A DNA stretch of 64,000 nt from Dimorphilus gyrociliatus. Lineage: Eukaryota > Animalia > Annelida. How positions within the stretch are numbered: the stretch's first letter is position 1; every line of letters begins with the position of its first letter. Positions 10,972 to 30,090 of the stretch are shown in pieces. The stretch spans positions 310,001 to 374,000 of the forward strand of contig CAJFCJ010000015.1 of the NCBI GenBank assembly GCA_904063045.1. The letters are read 5' to 3'. The notes under the pieces were generated by a model. It was given only the letters and a program-made list of their open reading frames with translations. It was not told the DNA's origin and searched no databases. Made by a program: the position numbers and the translations under genes.

Positions 10972-12551
10972 CTTTTATCCTATTTCGATTAACCAAGTAT
11001 ATTTTCAATCCTTTATTTCAGCACTATATACGAAATTAAGCGCCCCCTTTGTTATTTTAGCAAACAAACTGTTTGAATACATAAGGTCAACAACAAATCC
11101 AAGTGTAAGTGTTCAGCGTTAAATAATTACGCAACAATTAATTAGTCTCAACACTGGAATACATTTATTCTTAATTTTCCTTCTACTTTGATAAATTTAA
11201 AAATTCTATATTTTTAACTATTAGTATAGTAACTTTGAGCTATTCAAAAAATTCTCTTCTCCAAGCAAAACATTCAAGTCTGATGTAGGGAAAAAAAGGT
11301 TATCGTATGTAAACACTGAGTTGACATTTTCAAACTTTATAGAAGCATTTTGTTTTTGAACTTTTCCTCATTTCTGATTTCTTTACTGTGAATATAGTCA
11401 AGAATGAATAGTTGAAAAATTAATTGTTCAATATTCTCAAACAGGTCAGTTCTTCGTCCATCTCTACCTTGAATTAAAATTGACTAAGAGAAAGGGAAAG
11501 AAACAGATGATGTAGAAACAAGATGGTGGCAACAACGGGTATAAGATACATACTAGATAAAAGGAATTGAGTTTCTCTTTCTATTTTATGAAATTGTTCA
11601 TACCTGAACAAAAAACTTAACCTATAGCGTTTGCTAATTGTAAAGTTTACATTTTGCAACAAGTTTACTATTAGCTCTTAAATTTTCTAGATTAATTGAA
11701 TAGATTACAAACAAAGAAATAGAGATTGCACGCAAAGACGAAAGGGTACAATTATCTTAAATTAGAATCAATCTCATCTTATGAACTCTTAGATTTGCAA
11801 TTAAAAAATGTTTCAAAGGAAAATACTTAAATGTAATCTAAATTATGAATGGATTGGAGAAAGATGAAAAAGATGTAACTGTGGGAAAATTTACTACTAA
11901 TGAGCAGTTGATATTAATAGTATTTCTCATAATCAACTTGTTCTTATTTAATATTCTCACGTTCATTGAGAAATAGTATTTCTTATGAATATTGATATTT
12001 AGAACAAATATATCATGAAAATCCTTTTAAGAACAGTTCTTGCAAGTACTTTATTCGTATAATGTAACTCATTTCAAATGAGATATTTATTATTATAATC
12101 ACTATTCCAAAATAAGGATATTATTTCACCGTCAGTGTATTAATTCTATACAGCTAGTTAGCCCTTCCAATATGTTAGATGACTACTTGAATCTATTTCT
12201 GTATCTATTATTAACGTACTTGGAGTGTAGTGTGACGTCAGAATTTAACATTGTTCTCGCAATCCTTTCAATCAGACTAGAGTTCTTGATTTAATTATGT
12301 AATATATATTTGCACAGTTTTTGACTCGATCAGGATGAAATAAACAAATATTAGTTAGTAAATTAGCTAATTTGTTAGTGCATATTTTTGAGCTTTTCGT
12401 TAAACTTTTCTTTTTTAAAATAACAATCAAATAAAAAATTAAAATATATTGGTTTTTTTTCTTAGAATTATTTTAAAAACTTTAACTTAAATCCATGGTT
12501 TGACATATAAATTTTAAAATTATATGAACAAAAATACACTTTCTTAACAGT

Positions 12552-15606
<3,055 letters not shown>

Positions 15607-15699
15607 TTATTAAATTGTCCTAAATATCCTTACGACCGATTATTTTCAGACTTCAACGCATTTTAATTTTTCAAAAATTGAACATCATGCACAAGAATT

Positions 15700-15709
15700 C
15701 CGCCATATT
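15700..15709 (-). promoter_or_regulatory. YY1-like motif AATATGGCGG upstream of WDR33
   Basis: CCGCCATATT on the plus strand, 94 bp upstream of the WDR33 ATG; the identical 10-mer lies upstream of DNAJC24. Confidence 0.5.
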
Positions 15710-16568
15710 GTTTTGGAAATGTTTCGTAGAAAATTTAAGATAAAAAAACGTATTTAATAATAAAAGATGTCAAAATATTATAAGTAAACATTATTAATTA
15801 TATGTGCGAAAAAGAGAAAAAAATGACAAAATCACAGAATAAATTGTATGTCAGTAATACTTCTTTTTTGGGTATGACTAAATCAGGGAAATAAGCTGGC
15901 TAGGAGATGTAACTTTCAAGAGAGACTAATAACTTATGATGTAAGATTACTGGTTTAAAGAGTTTTTTTCCTGTTTTTATAGAGTTTTCACAAAAGATTA
16001 CGTAAGATACACTTATTCAAAAAAAGGACGTATTTCCCATTTTTATTGGTTTGCACAAAACACACTTAATTAAAATTATTTTTAACTTTGTTGTTAGTTT
16101 AGATTATTATTTATATAGAATAATAATTTATTTACTCGATAAATAATAGGATCTTTAACACTTTATTTAGTTTGTTAATTAATTAATCAGTGCTTTCATT
16201 ATTTTGTTTTTTTTTTTGCATTTGTTTTTTCTCGATAACGATCTAATTTCTATCTTTTAGACTTAGTAATTGTAGTAATACCATTTATATATATATAGAA
16301 AGTAAATTATATTTTTAAACATAAGTAAATGGCTTGGTAACTATGTAACAGTTTGTTCTTAGTTGCTTAATTTGACCTATAAAATGAATAGATTTTTTTT
16401 ATTTCGAAAGCTTTGAGATTGGTGAAAGCGCCATCTGATGAAATAGAACATTTTTTTCTCTTATATATATATATACGTACTATACAGTATATAGTTGGTT
16501 TTAAATAGGCGGTAAATCCTTAAGTATTTACTAATCAAGTCGAAAAGCGTAAATATATACTTTATATA

Positions 16569-16571
<3 letters not shown>

Positions 16572-16606
<35 letters not shown>
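16572..16606. repeat. (TA)n microsatellite
   Basis: Direct reading. Confidence 0.95.
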
Positions 16607-16608
<2 letters not shown>

Positions 16609-18143
16609 TCTATAAATATTAGACAACACTAATTTATGATTCTAAAGCCTAAAGCCTACGAATTATTATGCTTAGCAATGGAAATGCATCTAAGAAACAA
16701 AATGTTGATAGAATGTAAGGAATTATTGAATGATATTATAAGGATGTAAAGAGAGTATAGAGGATCTTAAAGCTTTTTCCTTAAGTATTATTTATGTAAA
16801 AGGGTTGGAGAAATAAAGCAGGAGACGGCTGTGCCTTATACTTAAATATCCTTTTTTTCTTTATTGAATTATTAGGAAAATTTTAAATTCTTTATACGTA
16901 GTTTATCTAACAAGGTTCTTTTTTCTTAGAAAATAAAAGCAATGTATATTATATTTAACTTAAATATAGTTAATTGATTAATTGAATCAAAATCAGGCCG
17001 TTGACCCCCGGATGTCTTTTAAAAAAATCTCCATAGGATATGTCCTTAAATGCAGTATTTGTGTAGCCCACTATCTATTATTTTAGACGGTAATTAACTT
17101 ATATTAAAGGACGAATTCCAAATTGATGATTATTTATAATTATCGTAGAATTGCAATTTGTATATGGATAATACTTAACATAATGAAAAGGATACTAATT
17201 CGTGTATACCGCATTTTAAAAGATACGAAACTAGCAATTTGCAAGACCTATAGCAATTGTACTTAAATACGTCAATTAACCTAGGAAATTGTAAAGAAGG
17301 AATTGCGAACAGCTTGTAAAACCGACAACTAATTTTAAATAAGGAGCATCTTCTCAGCCTAATACATTTATGACTGAGAAAATATTAAATATAGAATTTA
17401 AAGAGAACAAGAACTGAATATACAATTAAACGTCAAGCAGACTATTTTTATTATATTTCTTAAATATGAATATACTTTACATATACAGTATAAATTTATA
17501 TACTGTATATACCTTTACATTAAACGCATAAATAATATGAATAATACTGAAGAGTAAGCTCTGGATCAAAATTAAGAATGAAAAGAAACAAAGAACGATA
17601 TAATGCTTCCATAGAAATATTCACGTCGTTACACCAAAATAGAAAGACACTTATTAGATACTAGAGTTGAGTTACCGCTGAAAAGAAGTGGGATATTGTA
17701 TGATGATGAAAGAAAATTTACATGCAAATATTTTCTTAGTAACTAGCCGAACAGATAGCAATTATTATGATTAAATCCTTTAGTAACTAGTCCCTTCTTT
17801 TCTTCTAAATCATTTGATAAATACAATATAATATTTATTATATTAGTGAGAAATATACATTTAAGTTATTTATTCACTTGTACGTCTTCTAACCGTTAGA
17901 ATTTAGTACGAAATAACCCCAAAAAAACCTACCTTTCTTTGTAAAAAGCTCAACAGCAATAGGTGATATACTTGGTTGTCAATTTTTAGTGCGTAGCATA
18001 CTTAATAAAGTGCTAGGACAAATTACTTTACATTCTTAAATGTTACTCTGCTTATTTTACATTTAACTCAGAAAAGCGAATATAGTTTATGTCTTAAAAT
18101 GAATCTTTATAGAAATAAATAATTAATAAATGATAAAAATTTT

Positions 18144-18494
18144 TTACAGATGTATAGGTTCTGTATATTCGGTTAAATCCTCAAAAGTTTTTGCTTGAAG
18201 AGAAGGTACAGTTAGAAGAACCATTTGCTTTATTTGTTTCAACTTTTCCATTCTTTCTTCTTCGGTATCTTCCTTTTCTTCGCTATGCTCTTCCGGAGGA
18301 GTTGTAATTAATTTTGGTATTATAAATTTTCTAAATTGAAATCTCTTCTTTGAAGATTTTCCTGATAAATCCAAAATGTTCGGCTTCTGTGTTGAGACTT
18401 TTTCAAATTGTTGAGTTAATCTAAAAACGTTGCAACTGCAACAGATTTTAGATATTGCCGAGTGTTTTTTTTCGAAAGTGCCAGACTTGTTCAT
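18144..18494 (-). CDS. Orphan single-exon ORF, about 116 aa from the first ATG; function unknown
   Basis: Uninterrupted ORF in otherwise stop-rich DNA (MNKSGTFEKKH...PKLITTPPEEHSEEKEDTEEE...), with a CRE palindrome TGACGTCA at 18541-18548 just upstream. No recognisable domain. Confidence 0.4.
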   Translation of the reverse strand: MNKSGTFEKKHSAISKICCSCNVFRLTQQFEKVSTQKPNILDLSGKSSKKRFQFRKFIIPKLITTPPEEHSEEKEDTEEERMEKLKQIKQMVLLTVPSLQAKTFEDLTEYTEPIHL

Positions 18495-19713
18495 TCTCGA
18501 TGCATGTAATGTTAGCTGTAACAATGCCGACGCCACCGAGTGACGTCAGGTCGGTATGAAAGCGAGGTGAACGCCCATTTTAAGCCTATGTGACACGTAA
18601 TAAACTTCTCACTATCTCCTATATTTAGTGATAAAGTATAAAAGGGTGCGATAAATTGCTTGGTTTGTAATTTCTTTATTGGTTGAATTATTTCAATATT
18701 TTTTCAATATTTTTCCTATTTTTCGCAAAATGCTCTATTAGCGAAAAATAACGTTTTGTACTTGTATATATTGATTTTCGTAGAAATGAGAAAAGAGGGA
18801 ACAATATGCAAAAGATTTTTATATAGAATGAGTTTATTGTTTGTTATCTTTCTACACATAAAATATATTTAAAAATATCTATAATTATTAATGGAAGAAG
18901 GCGTAATATAACGCCTTCTATCCTTCTCAAAGCTTTTCCCACTTTACTTTATGCCCCACCATTCCATCGTTATATTTTTCAACCATATTATCTCTAACCC
19001 TTAACTTTTTCAAAGTACAACATTTTTCCAACTGATTATTATAACCTTTATATGAAGACTATATAAAGTTCATCTTAGAAGAGTTTGAACTTTTCCACAA
19101 ATATAATTTTATACCATTAACGCCGTCATCAACAACCGACCAAAAGATGATGGATTTAGGTGTAATAAATACGGATAAATAGCATTATTAAGAGATCTAA
19201 TAAAACTTTAATATAGCCGATAGTTTAGATATTCCAATATATGTTTTTTCTTTCACCAATAAATAGCGGAAGAGAGGAAGAAGAGAATATTAAACAATAC
19301 CGTAAAAAATAAAGAACAAAGTAACTTTATTTCACGCGCATTTTTGTTAATAATAATAGAGACTGGGATAGTGAAACAATGGAATAATCTTTTAAAAGCT
19401 TATTCTCTTTTTCTAGTTTATTTTGTCTATTTTCCTCCTTCAATTCAGTATTTATCCTATTATATAACTATTTCTATTTTTAGATTAAAAGTTGATAATT
19501 ATTTCTTCTATATAGTAAATATAGATACTGTATATAAACATGTATATGTATTCTTTGAATACAGTGTAAATGATGTATATAGACACACTTTGTTTGGATT
19601 CTTTGACATCTATTTATAGATATAGCGTTATATATAAAAAAGTTCTTTCAAGAAAAAAATAGATAGTACATTCAACCTAGTTTTCGTTCAGTGTATATCA
19701 TTGTCCATAAATA

Positions 19714-21052
<1,339 letters not shown>

Positions 21053-21155
21053 TATTCTTTTCTTATAAAAGCAAGAAACGAGAAGAAATGAAGATGATTG
21101 ATAAGCTGATTTGTAATGAAAATATAAAAAGGCAGAATACAGAAAAACAATATAA

Positions 21156-24100
21156 TCAATTCTTTTTTATAATAGAATTAACAAACTTTTCTAATGAATT
21201 ATCAGTTCTGATAACAATTAGAAAAGAGAAAAGTACAAATATACAAACAACTGGAAATGTTGCTATTTCAAATACAAATCTTGGAGCAAATATCTTCCAT
21301 ACCATTAGATGTCTTCTTAATAATCCAGCAGATATTAAAGTGGATAATATTTTTATTGCATGAAATAATAAATATATTATACACACTCGCCATACTTCTT
21401 TTTTAACTAATGCAGTTTCGTATACTGAAAATTCCCCTCTTTCATGTTTTCTTGTAGCAGTCCAAAATGCAATTAAAACTACTGTAACACTGCTTATAAC
21501 GTGAGAAGCGAATGTATTTAAAGCTATCATTATCACTGGTAGTGCGTATACTTCGTGATCACCTATAAAACCTACAAATGCCGATTCCCATTTTATAGAT
21601 GTAAATGTAGCTTGATGGCCCGTTGCGAAGAAGTAGAAATAGGACAGAATAACCCATGTAAGTATACTGAGATTTTTACTATTTTGACAATACGTTATAA
21701 TTTCTAGTAGGCACGCACCAGAGAGAATTTGTAGAGCTGTTTATGGATTCAATTTTTTTAAATTGCAAAATATACAAATATTAACTATTTACCTAACGAT
21801 GGCGTATAACTATCTCCAACCAATAGACTCAGGGTTACTGTTAAACAAATTAGGACTATTAATATGGGGCTCGAGTAGACGGTGAGGAGTCCGAAAACAA
21901 TTGGTGGTGTCTTTTTGGTTTTAAGTCGTTCAAAGATTAATGGAATTAAATTGTTTGTTTGTGGAATTGAGTTGAATTTTGATATTTCCATGACGCATAA
22001 TGGATAGATAAGCGTAAGCAGAATTGATACAGTAATAAGTAAATAGGTAAGTCTTGGTGGAGCGACAATTATCCAACTATCCAATTTTTCATACACATTA
22101 TTGGGTAGTAGTTGAAGAGCCCAATGGACGCAATTAGATAAAATACATATTGGGACAATGTACTTGAAAGAAACAATTGGTGGGGAGAAAGAGTTTAGGC
22201 TACCAACGGCCTTCAACCAAAGGCTAATACCACCAGAAGCCGTTGAAATAGCGGATAAACTTAGAAGGAATCTCATTTGCTTGTAACCTGATAAATTATC
22301 AGATATAGAAGAGAGAGGTTTAAGCCATCTGGTCGCTGTACAATCTTGACCTAAATAGGACGAAAAAAGAATGACAAAAAGGTAAAAAGAAAGTTTTAAA
22401 GGAAAAGGCAAATTCACCTTGTTCTTCTCTACAAGCGCAAAATTCTCTTGAAATTCTAATGGAAATTGAAAAAAAGAAGACTACCAGTAGAAGATGTAGC
22501 TTCTTACTGGATGCGCTTGTTCTATAAGCCATAAACCATACAATCGACGTTAGTAAAAACTGTAAAATCTTATCTTCATGAACCACGAAACTATTTGAAA
22601 GATGAATAATGTTGAATAGGATAGTAAAGAAGCATAATAAGATGTTTTCATTTGTCATTTTGCATTTTGTGAGAGTATAGATGACAGTTGGACCAACAAT
22701 AATGGAAGCAAGTAGATTTGATATCACACAAGATATAAAAACAATGAAATGCACAAAGAAAATGGATGTTATATTTTTAATATCCATTTCCTCTAAATTT
22801 AAGAGAAATATGAAAACTACTATATTCATTAGTAGTAAAATTCCTCCAGAAAGCATCCAATCTGTATCAAATTTAGCCCAAATGAGTCTACACATTTCTT
22901 TAGTGGAGTGTAAATAGGTTTTATAATTTGATTCAATTTCATTTAAAACTTTCGTTACTCCTTCAAATTTTCTATCAATTTTTATTCTTTGTATTATTTC
23001 TTTTAAATCTTTTTGGCATTTTTCCAACAATTTTTCCAATTCTGAATATTGACGATGGTTAAATTCATCGGATTGTTTAATATAAGTTTGCAAATATCTT
23101 GATATTTGTTGAGAATTTATTTGGAGTACTTTTAATCTTTCCAATTGTGAATTAATACTGGATTTACTTGAAAAAAAGTCTGCTAATATTGTACCTAAAT
23201 TTGAAAATGGTATAGGTAAGTCTAAAAGTAAGGAGAGAGTTGGAACAAGATCAATTTGGGAGATAGTTTCGATTTTATCTTTCTCTAAAAAGTCAAATCA
23301 AGTGTTTAGTTTATATTGTTTATTTTATTGTTTATTATACTAACTTGGATTTTCGAACATCTCTTTTGGACTATAGAAAAATGCTGCAGCTTCTACTTCT
23401 TCTGGACTATCGCCTCCGTGATCTCCAGTGGCGGTCATACCATGATCACCGATTACCACAAGAAGAGTATCATTTTTTAACTCTCCGACAATTGATCTAA
23501 GCACATCGTCCATCTGTTCTAATTTTGCTGCCATAGCGGGATGATTAGGACCGTATCTATGGCCACAATGATCAACACCTAAAAAGTGGGCAATAAATAG
23601 ATTCCAATCTCTCTTCTTTAACTCAGGTATTAAGTGTTTTATAACACCATTATCGACGGTGTGAAGATCTTTTACATTGAAAGATGGATATGGGAAAGCT
23701 TTGCGGAAATCATCGAAGAGGCTCACCCACGTATCATCTCCCATAAACGTTATATTCTGAAAATGGAAGAACAAATATTTTAACCCTAGAAAAAGCTCAT
23801 TCTTTCTTGGTCTTTCATAAATAGATAAAAAAAAGACCAACTTTTCCTCTTTTCACCATTTGACGTAGAATATTATCCTCTAGGACTTTGGCACTAGCAA
23901 AATTAGCTCCAGCATCTACAAAGGTAGGTAAACTACCAGTTGTCAGTGCTTTTAGTCGTTGCATGGTTGTTGTTGGAGGATCGGCTATGAATTTATAAAA
24001 TTGGCTGTTATTTCCCTTTTTTTGAAGTAATTCATGAATGATTCCCAAACGATTTTGAAAAGGTAAAGCCATTTTTTTATTTAAACTTGCGTTATAATTG

Positions 24101-24478
24101 GCAAAATCAAAACGAAGGGCGTCGATAAGTATGATAACAGCTTTGTCAAATTTTTTATGTGTCCAACAGGAGGCTTCATTGTTACCTATTTAATAAATTA
24201 ATTTAAAATTTAGCTTATTTATACATTTCGTTACTATCGGAGAAATTAGGTTATTTTTCTTTCGTTTGTAATAAGTAAGAAAGATTGTTTTAATGGGAAC
24301 AAATAACAGAAGTAACTAGGCCTTTACCTTGAATATTTAAATTGTCTGAGCAGGAACTATACTCTTCAATAACTATACGCTTGAGTAAAAAACCCTTTGA
24401 GAATATTAATATAGCTGCGATTGTCGTAATTGTTAGATAAATCAGGGTAAAGAGAAAACATGCCGAACTTTTCTTCAT
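21156..24478 (-). CDS. PIGO: GPI ethanolamine phosphate transferase 3
   Basis: N-terminal TM then GFLLKR; [26 protein letters not shown]; GDDTW; [10 protein letters not shown]; GDHG; multiple TMs; C-terminal [17 protein letters not shown]. Several short introns; stop TGA 21156-21158. Confidence 0.92.
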
Positions 24479-26440
24479 GTTGTTAGATTCTAGCAGACGA
24501 CTATGGTCGAAGAGCCATCTATTGAATATATAGGAAATAATTAACAAATAATAGAAATATCAAAGTTTAAAATAGTTAACTATTCAGTACGATAATTTTA
24601 TTATCAGAGTTATTTATATAATAAATAAAAAAATCTATAAAAATTTGTTAATATAATTAAAAACATAGAAAGTTTATCTAAAAACAATACTACTAAAAAG
24701 AGATACTAGATGGCGTTCCTTGTGTCACATATACAACACGTTTCCAAAACTTTAAATATTGGAGAGTCGTTGCATAAATAGCTTAAATTGCATTTATTTA
24801 ATTCTATAGCTTTGTTATATTTTGATAAACTAGTAGAACTTGTGATAATTTATTAAATTAATCAACAAAACTAAATTAATCTATTATGGACATGGAGATC
24901 GAAAGAAGAAAGTGAGATTGTTTGATAATAAACATACGAAAATAGAAAATAAATAATAAAAAGGAATGACTGATAGAAGCACGGAGGATTAATTGAGAAA
25001 TAGAAATGTATCTTATTATAAAATAACTATTAGATATATACCTACACATATTTAGTGTATAGAGTTTATAAAAATTACAATTATCCTGTAAAAACCTTAG
25101 AGAAGGTTTTTCTACTAATCTTACAGTTGTTATTAGTCAAGAGTATTGTTATTTTGATTATAATTAATTACAAGTATATTAGGTAGAAAAAAAAAGAATG
25201 ACGACGGAGGGGGTGGAAAGATAATTAGAGTAGAAAGATATATTATTATCTCTCTTAGTTTTGTTTCTATATCTTTTCTCTCTGCCACACGCACATACAC
25301 ACATTACACATATACCTATGTCTCATTCTCCCTTTCCAATAAATTTAATTGATGGTACGAGTAAACGTGTTACATAAGGTTTAATCTGGTTCTATTCAAT
25401 TGATTTGCATATAAGCCCTTAGTCATCTTTCATTTTAAATCACCTGTAACTAATTATCATTATTAAAATAGCAATAAAAGGCGAAATAATCGAATTTATT
25501 GTAGTTGAATAAATCTTATAGAACTATTTGTTATAAATTTTTCACTACTCTTACTAACAGATGTTGGGTTTTTGCCTCTTTTTGAAATGCTATAACAATC
25601 TCTCTTTTTTACCGATTTCTGTTCATAATAATATTTCAACTGTATTAAAAAAAACAGCTGTTTTATTTCTTTTTATAAAAGGTTCTCGTATGAATACTTT
25701 TCCAAGTAACATTGATAGAACATAGTCCAGTTAAACATCATATGAACATCGTATTAATATATCGAAAGAAGAAAAGATAAAGATACTTTCCGAGTTGATA
25801 ATCTAAAAAGTCATGTAGTTTATAAATAGGATAAAATTTCAAGGTCTTCATTTTTTCATATAGAACGAATTCGTTGGCAGTATGTATTATATAAATAAAG
25901 TGAATATTAGCCTAATATGATGTTACAAGATCGAGGGATATTTTCCTTTTTTAGGATGTAATTGATGTAAGTATAAAGAATAACATTTTCATATTCAGAA
26001 ATATTAAATATTGTATACATTGTATATTTATAAAACATGAGAAAAGAAAACGAAAGAACTTTATCCTCACTCTCTTCCGCTCTTTCTCCTTTTGCGTCCT
26101 TTCTCATAATTGTTGTACTATACTTTCCTAAGGGTTTATCTTTCATTTTATTCTTGTAATCTTTCATGTGACTCAGTTTTGTAATCAACCGAAAACTTTA
26201 CGATGCTACCTTTTTGATACATCAAAGATTATTTTGTTGCTGTTACAAAATCTCTTGACTGAAATATTATATTAGTTAATAAAGAAAGGGTTATTTTGTA
26301 GTTTTTTTTTAAAAAAAAAATGACAATAACAACACATTAGTAAAAAATTTATAATGATGATGAAAAAAGAGTAGATGGAGATTTTTGTATGAAAGAACTC
26401 TCAAGTGAAATATTCCAATATACAGTATTTCAATACTTAA

Positions 26441-26471
<31 letters not shown>

Positions 26472-27498
26472 GTATACTGAAAGTATATGTATATAAATAA
26501 ATATAGGCTTAAAATAATAGAAGAATTACTTTTTATAATCTATTTGTGAATGAAAAACATAATTGAGTATTGACAATGCGATTAGTTAGATGACTTTACA
26601 TAAAATTAATCTCGTAATCATTCATTATTGACAGTATCCAAGTAAAAACAAAGCCTAATGATCATTTCATTTAAAGGAAAAAAGCAATATCTTCTATATA
26701 TAATGTATATGAAAACTGACGTTTTACATGAATGAATGAATAGAAAATCTATACGCATATAAACAATAGTCATATATATATATATATATATATATATAGA
26801 TATATTGCATAATCATAGAAACAAATTGTTGTAGAAGTATTATTAATAAATGTAAACCTATTCCAAAAACAAATGACTTATAATTAGCCTATATAAATTT
26901 AATTTGTTATTGTTGTTGTTGTGTTTTTTCCAAGAATTTAATAAAAAAAAAAGTAGGAAGTGAAAGCCATGTAGGTGTTTTGTATACATATTATATAAGC
27001 AATACATAAATTAATTAATATTAAATTCATATGTTTTATTAAAGTTTTTAAAAGTGAAAAATTATTTTTCCTTTGGCTCTCCCAAAGCTTTTCGACTTAA
27101 AATCGTTTAAAGATAAGTTCGAAAGACATTTATATTAATTTATCTTTAAAAATATAATATAGATTTTTGATTTTTAATAGAATTTTCATAAGACACGTAG
27201 GCGTAAAGTTTTTATTTCAGCAAAAAATTATGTCTGTCCAATGTGGTCAAGAGATGGCGCTAAAATCACGTAAACATAAGAGTTTAAATAGTTGTGTATT
27301 TGTAAAATGGTGATTGGCTATTGTATATTTGTCGGCCATTTTGATCATACCGGCAATATTGTATTGCCATAATATGGGTAGAATTTAGTTTATGTCTTTA
27401 AACTTCCGGTATAATAGATATATAAAAATGTTGAGAAAGCTGACATTAGTATTTGTCCTTTCATTTTGACAGTGTTGAAGAATAATTATATTATTAAT

Positions 27499-30090
27499 AT
27501 GGTACGTTTCTAGAATATTATGAATGGTTTTAAAACAATATGTTTATATTATCATCTAAGCCGCTTTTGAAACGGATTGAATACGGAATTTAATTTCTTA
27601 AATTTTAGGCAACAAGCGAAACCTCAGTTAAAAGAAAGCCGGAAGATTTTGTTTTTAGGAAAACTCTTGGCGAAGGTAGTTTTTCTACTGTTTATTTAGC
27701 AACCGAAGTATCAACTGAACGTCATTTTGCTGGTAAATATTTCTTCTTGCTGCGCCTTTTATTATACAGCGATATTTAAATATATACAAAACACAATAAC
27801 AGTTAAAGTAGTGGATAAAGCATTAATAAAGAAGGAAAGGAAAACGGAGAATATATTTAGGGAACGAGACGCCTTAAGCCGTGTATCAGGACATCCTTTT
27901 TTCCTTATTCTGTACTATACTTTTCAAGATGCAGATAGACTTTGTATGTATATAGTATTTATATATATATATATGAATTGATAAACATTTTTTTTTAGTA
28001 TAATTATTACTTATATTTTTTATGTTCCTCTAGATTTTGCTATGAGTTTTGCAGAAAGAGGAGAAATATTATCCTATTTAAAAAGACTTGGCTCTTTCGA
28101 TGAAGAATGTACCCAATTCTATTCAAGCGAACTAGTGGTTGCTTTAGAATATATGAAGAGCAAAAAACTAGTCCATAGGTTAATTATTACATTTGCTCTC
28201 TCTATCTGAAAATAGAAATTGAATGATATTTAAGTTATTCTTGAAACATAATACTTTTTATTAATAATCACTTTGTTTTTATTATTATTTTTATTAGGGA
28301 TTTGAAGCCTGAAAATATATTATTAAGTGCGGATAAGCATATTAAAATTAGCGATTTTGGTTCAGTTAAATTATTATCCGACGAAGATGATGGTTCATCA
28401 GTTGCGAAAGAACGGCCTGCGCAACCCGTTAAAGCTGGACCAGCACTACCTGATTTGATACCTTCAGCATCGAAAAATGAAGGTAGAAATTGAATTTTAC
28501 TATATTTATATATATGTAGAAAATATATATTAATTGTTGTAAATGTACAAATTTTATCAGAAATAACTGCCATAAGAAGGACAAGAACTACCTCTTTTGT
28601 TGGTACTGCTCAATACGTTTCCCCTGAAGTTCTAAATCATAAAAAAACTAGTTATAGGTAAATTTTACCAAATATATGTAATATACGTGTACATAGTGTA
28701 TATATATATATACTATAAATAATATTTCCCTCTTTCTATTCCATTCTTTCAAATTAATACAGTTGTGACTTATGGGCTCTAGGCTGCATTATTTATCAGT
28801 TTACCGCTGGTAGTTTCCCATTTTATGGAGAGTAAGTATAAACATATACAGTATCTATATATATAATTTAATTCGATATATTTACTCATTAGCTAGCTTG
28901 TTTTTTTTTATATACATTTGTTTTTCTCCTATACAGTTACGAACTTTTAATTTTCCATAAGATTTCAAAACTAGAATATTCTTTTCCTGAAGGATTTAAT
29001 GAAACAACAAAGGATCTTGTTCAAAATTTACTAGTTAGTATATAATATTTTATCAATTGTGTTCCATTGTTTTTTTTTTTTACATATTCATTGCTTTCTT
29101 ATCAATATTATGATATATTTTACATGTAGTAAGAAATCAAAATCGATTAACTTTTTCATTAAGATATTTATTGTATTTGAGTTTAGGATCAAATGTTTCA
29201 ATTTAGTTATATATGTATTTATTATAGGTAATTGATCCTACTAAGAGGTTAGGTTGCTCCGAAAGAGGTGGACTTGACGAGTTAAAACGTCATCCATTCT
29301 TCGCAAATACTAAATGGGACGAATTACCTAAGACAAAGCCCCCCGAGCTTCTTCCTTATTTACCCGCAAGAGATGAGGCGTCTGAGCCCTTATGGAGTGA
29401 AATTGACAGGGGATTGGACGGCTCCGCTCTAATGAGACTTCACTTACAAACTGAAAAAGGTATGAAGCCGCTTATTCGTAAATCGAGCGCTATTTGGCTA
29501 AGCGACGAAGATAGAAGAAATAAACTCGCCGAACAAGCAAAGAATAATAACTATCATAAATTCGTTGAGAATAATCTTATCCTAAAACAAGGCTTTTTGG
29601 AAAAGAGGCGGGTAAGGATTTTGTGCTTTGTTACAAATTTCTTTTTTATGATTACAAATGAAAAAATATGGATACTATTCTTTTCAATAGGGACTCTTTG
29701 CTCGAAAGCGAATGTTCTTGCTAACAGAGGGACCTAGACTGTTTTATGTCGATCCAGACAATATGAAATTAAAGGGAGAAGTTCCATGGTAAACATCAAA
29801 AAAATCCTCATTTCTAGACATTATAAATAATTGTGTTTTTCTTGTATAGGTCTAGAGACTTAAAAACTGAAGCCAAAAACTTCAAAGTGTTTTTTGTCCA
29901 TACAGTACGTGAGACTAATTAAAATAATAGCCGAGATTTAAGAAACGCTTCCTTTTAATTGCAGCCGAATCGTACTTATTATCTTGAAGATACTAAAAGT
30001 AATGCCTTGAAGTGGTGCGAAAAGATAAACGAAGTTTGTCGTCATTATTATGGAGAAAACGATGATAACGCTGCAACAACTAGTAAATGA
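27499..30090 (+). CDS. PDPK1: 3-phosphoinositide-dependent protein kinase 1
   Basis: [58 protein letters not shown], and a C-terminal PH domain ([26 protein letters not shown]; PNRTYYLED). Stop TGA 30088-30090. Inferred start is an ATG at the end of exon 1 (27499-27501). Confidence 0.95.

Noticed and set aside
18900-19230. Possible decayed pseudogene or transposon fragment on the minus strand
   Set aside because: Only short stop-interrupted frames with no recognisable family motif.
25907-26188. 93-aa minus-strand ORF between PIGO and PDPK1
   Set aside because: Non-ATG start, low-complexity AT-rich tail, no domain, and no phase-compatible partner exons found.
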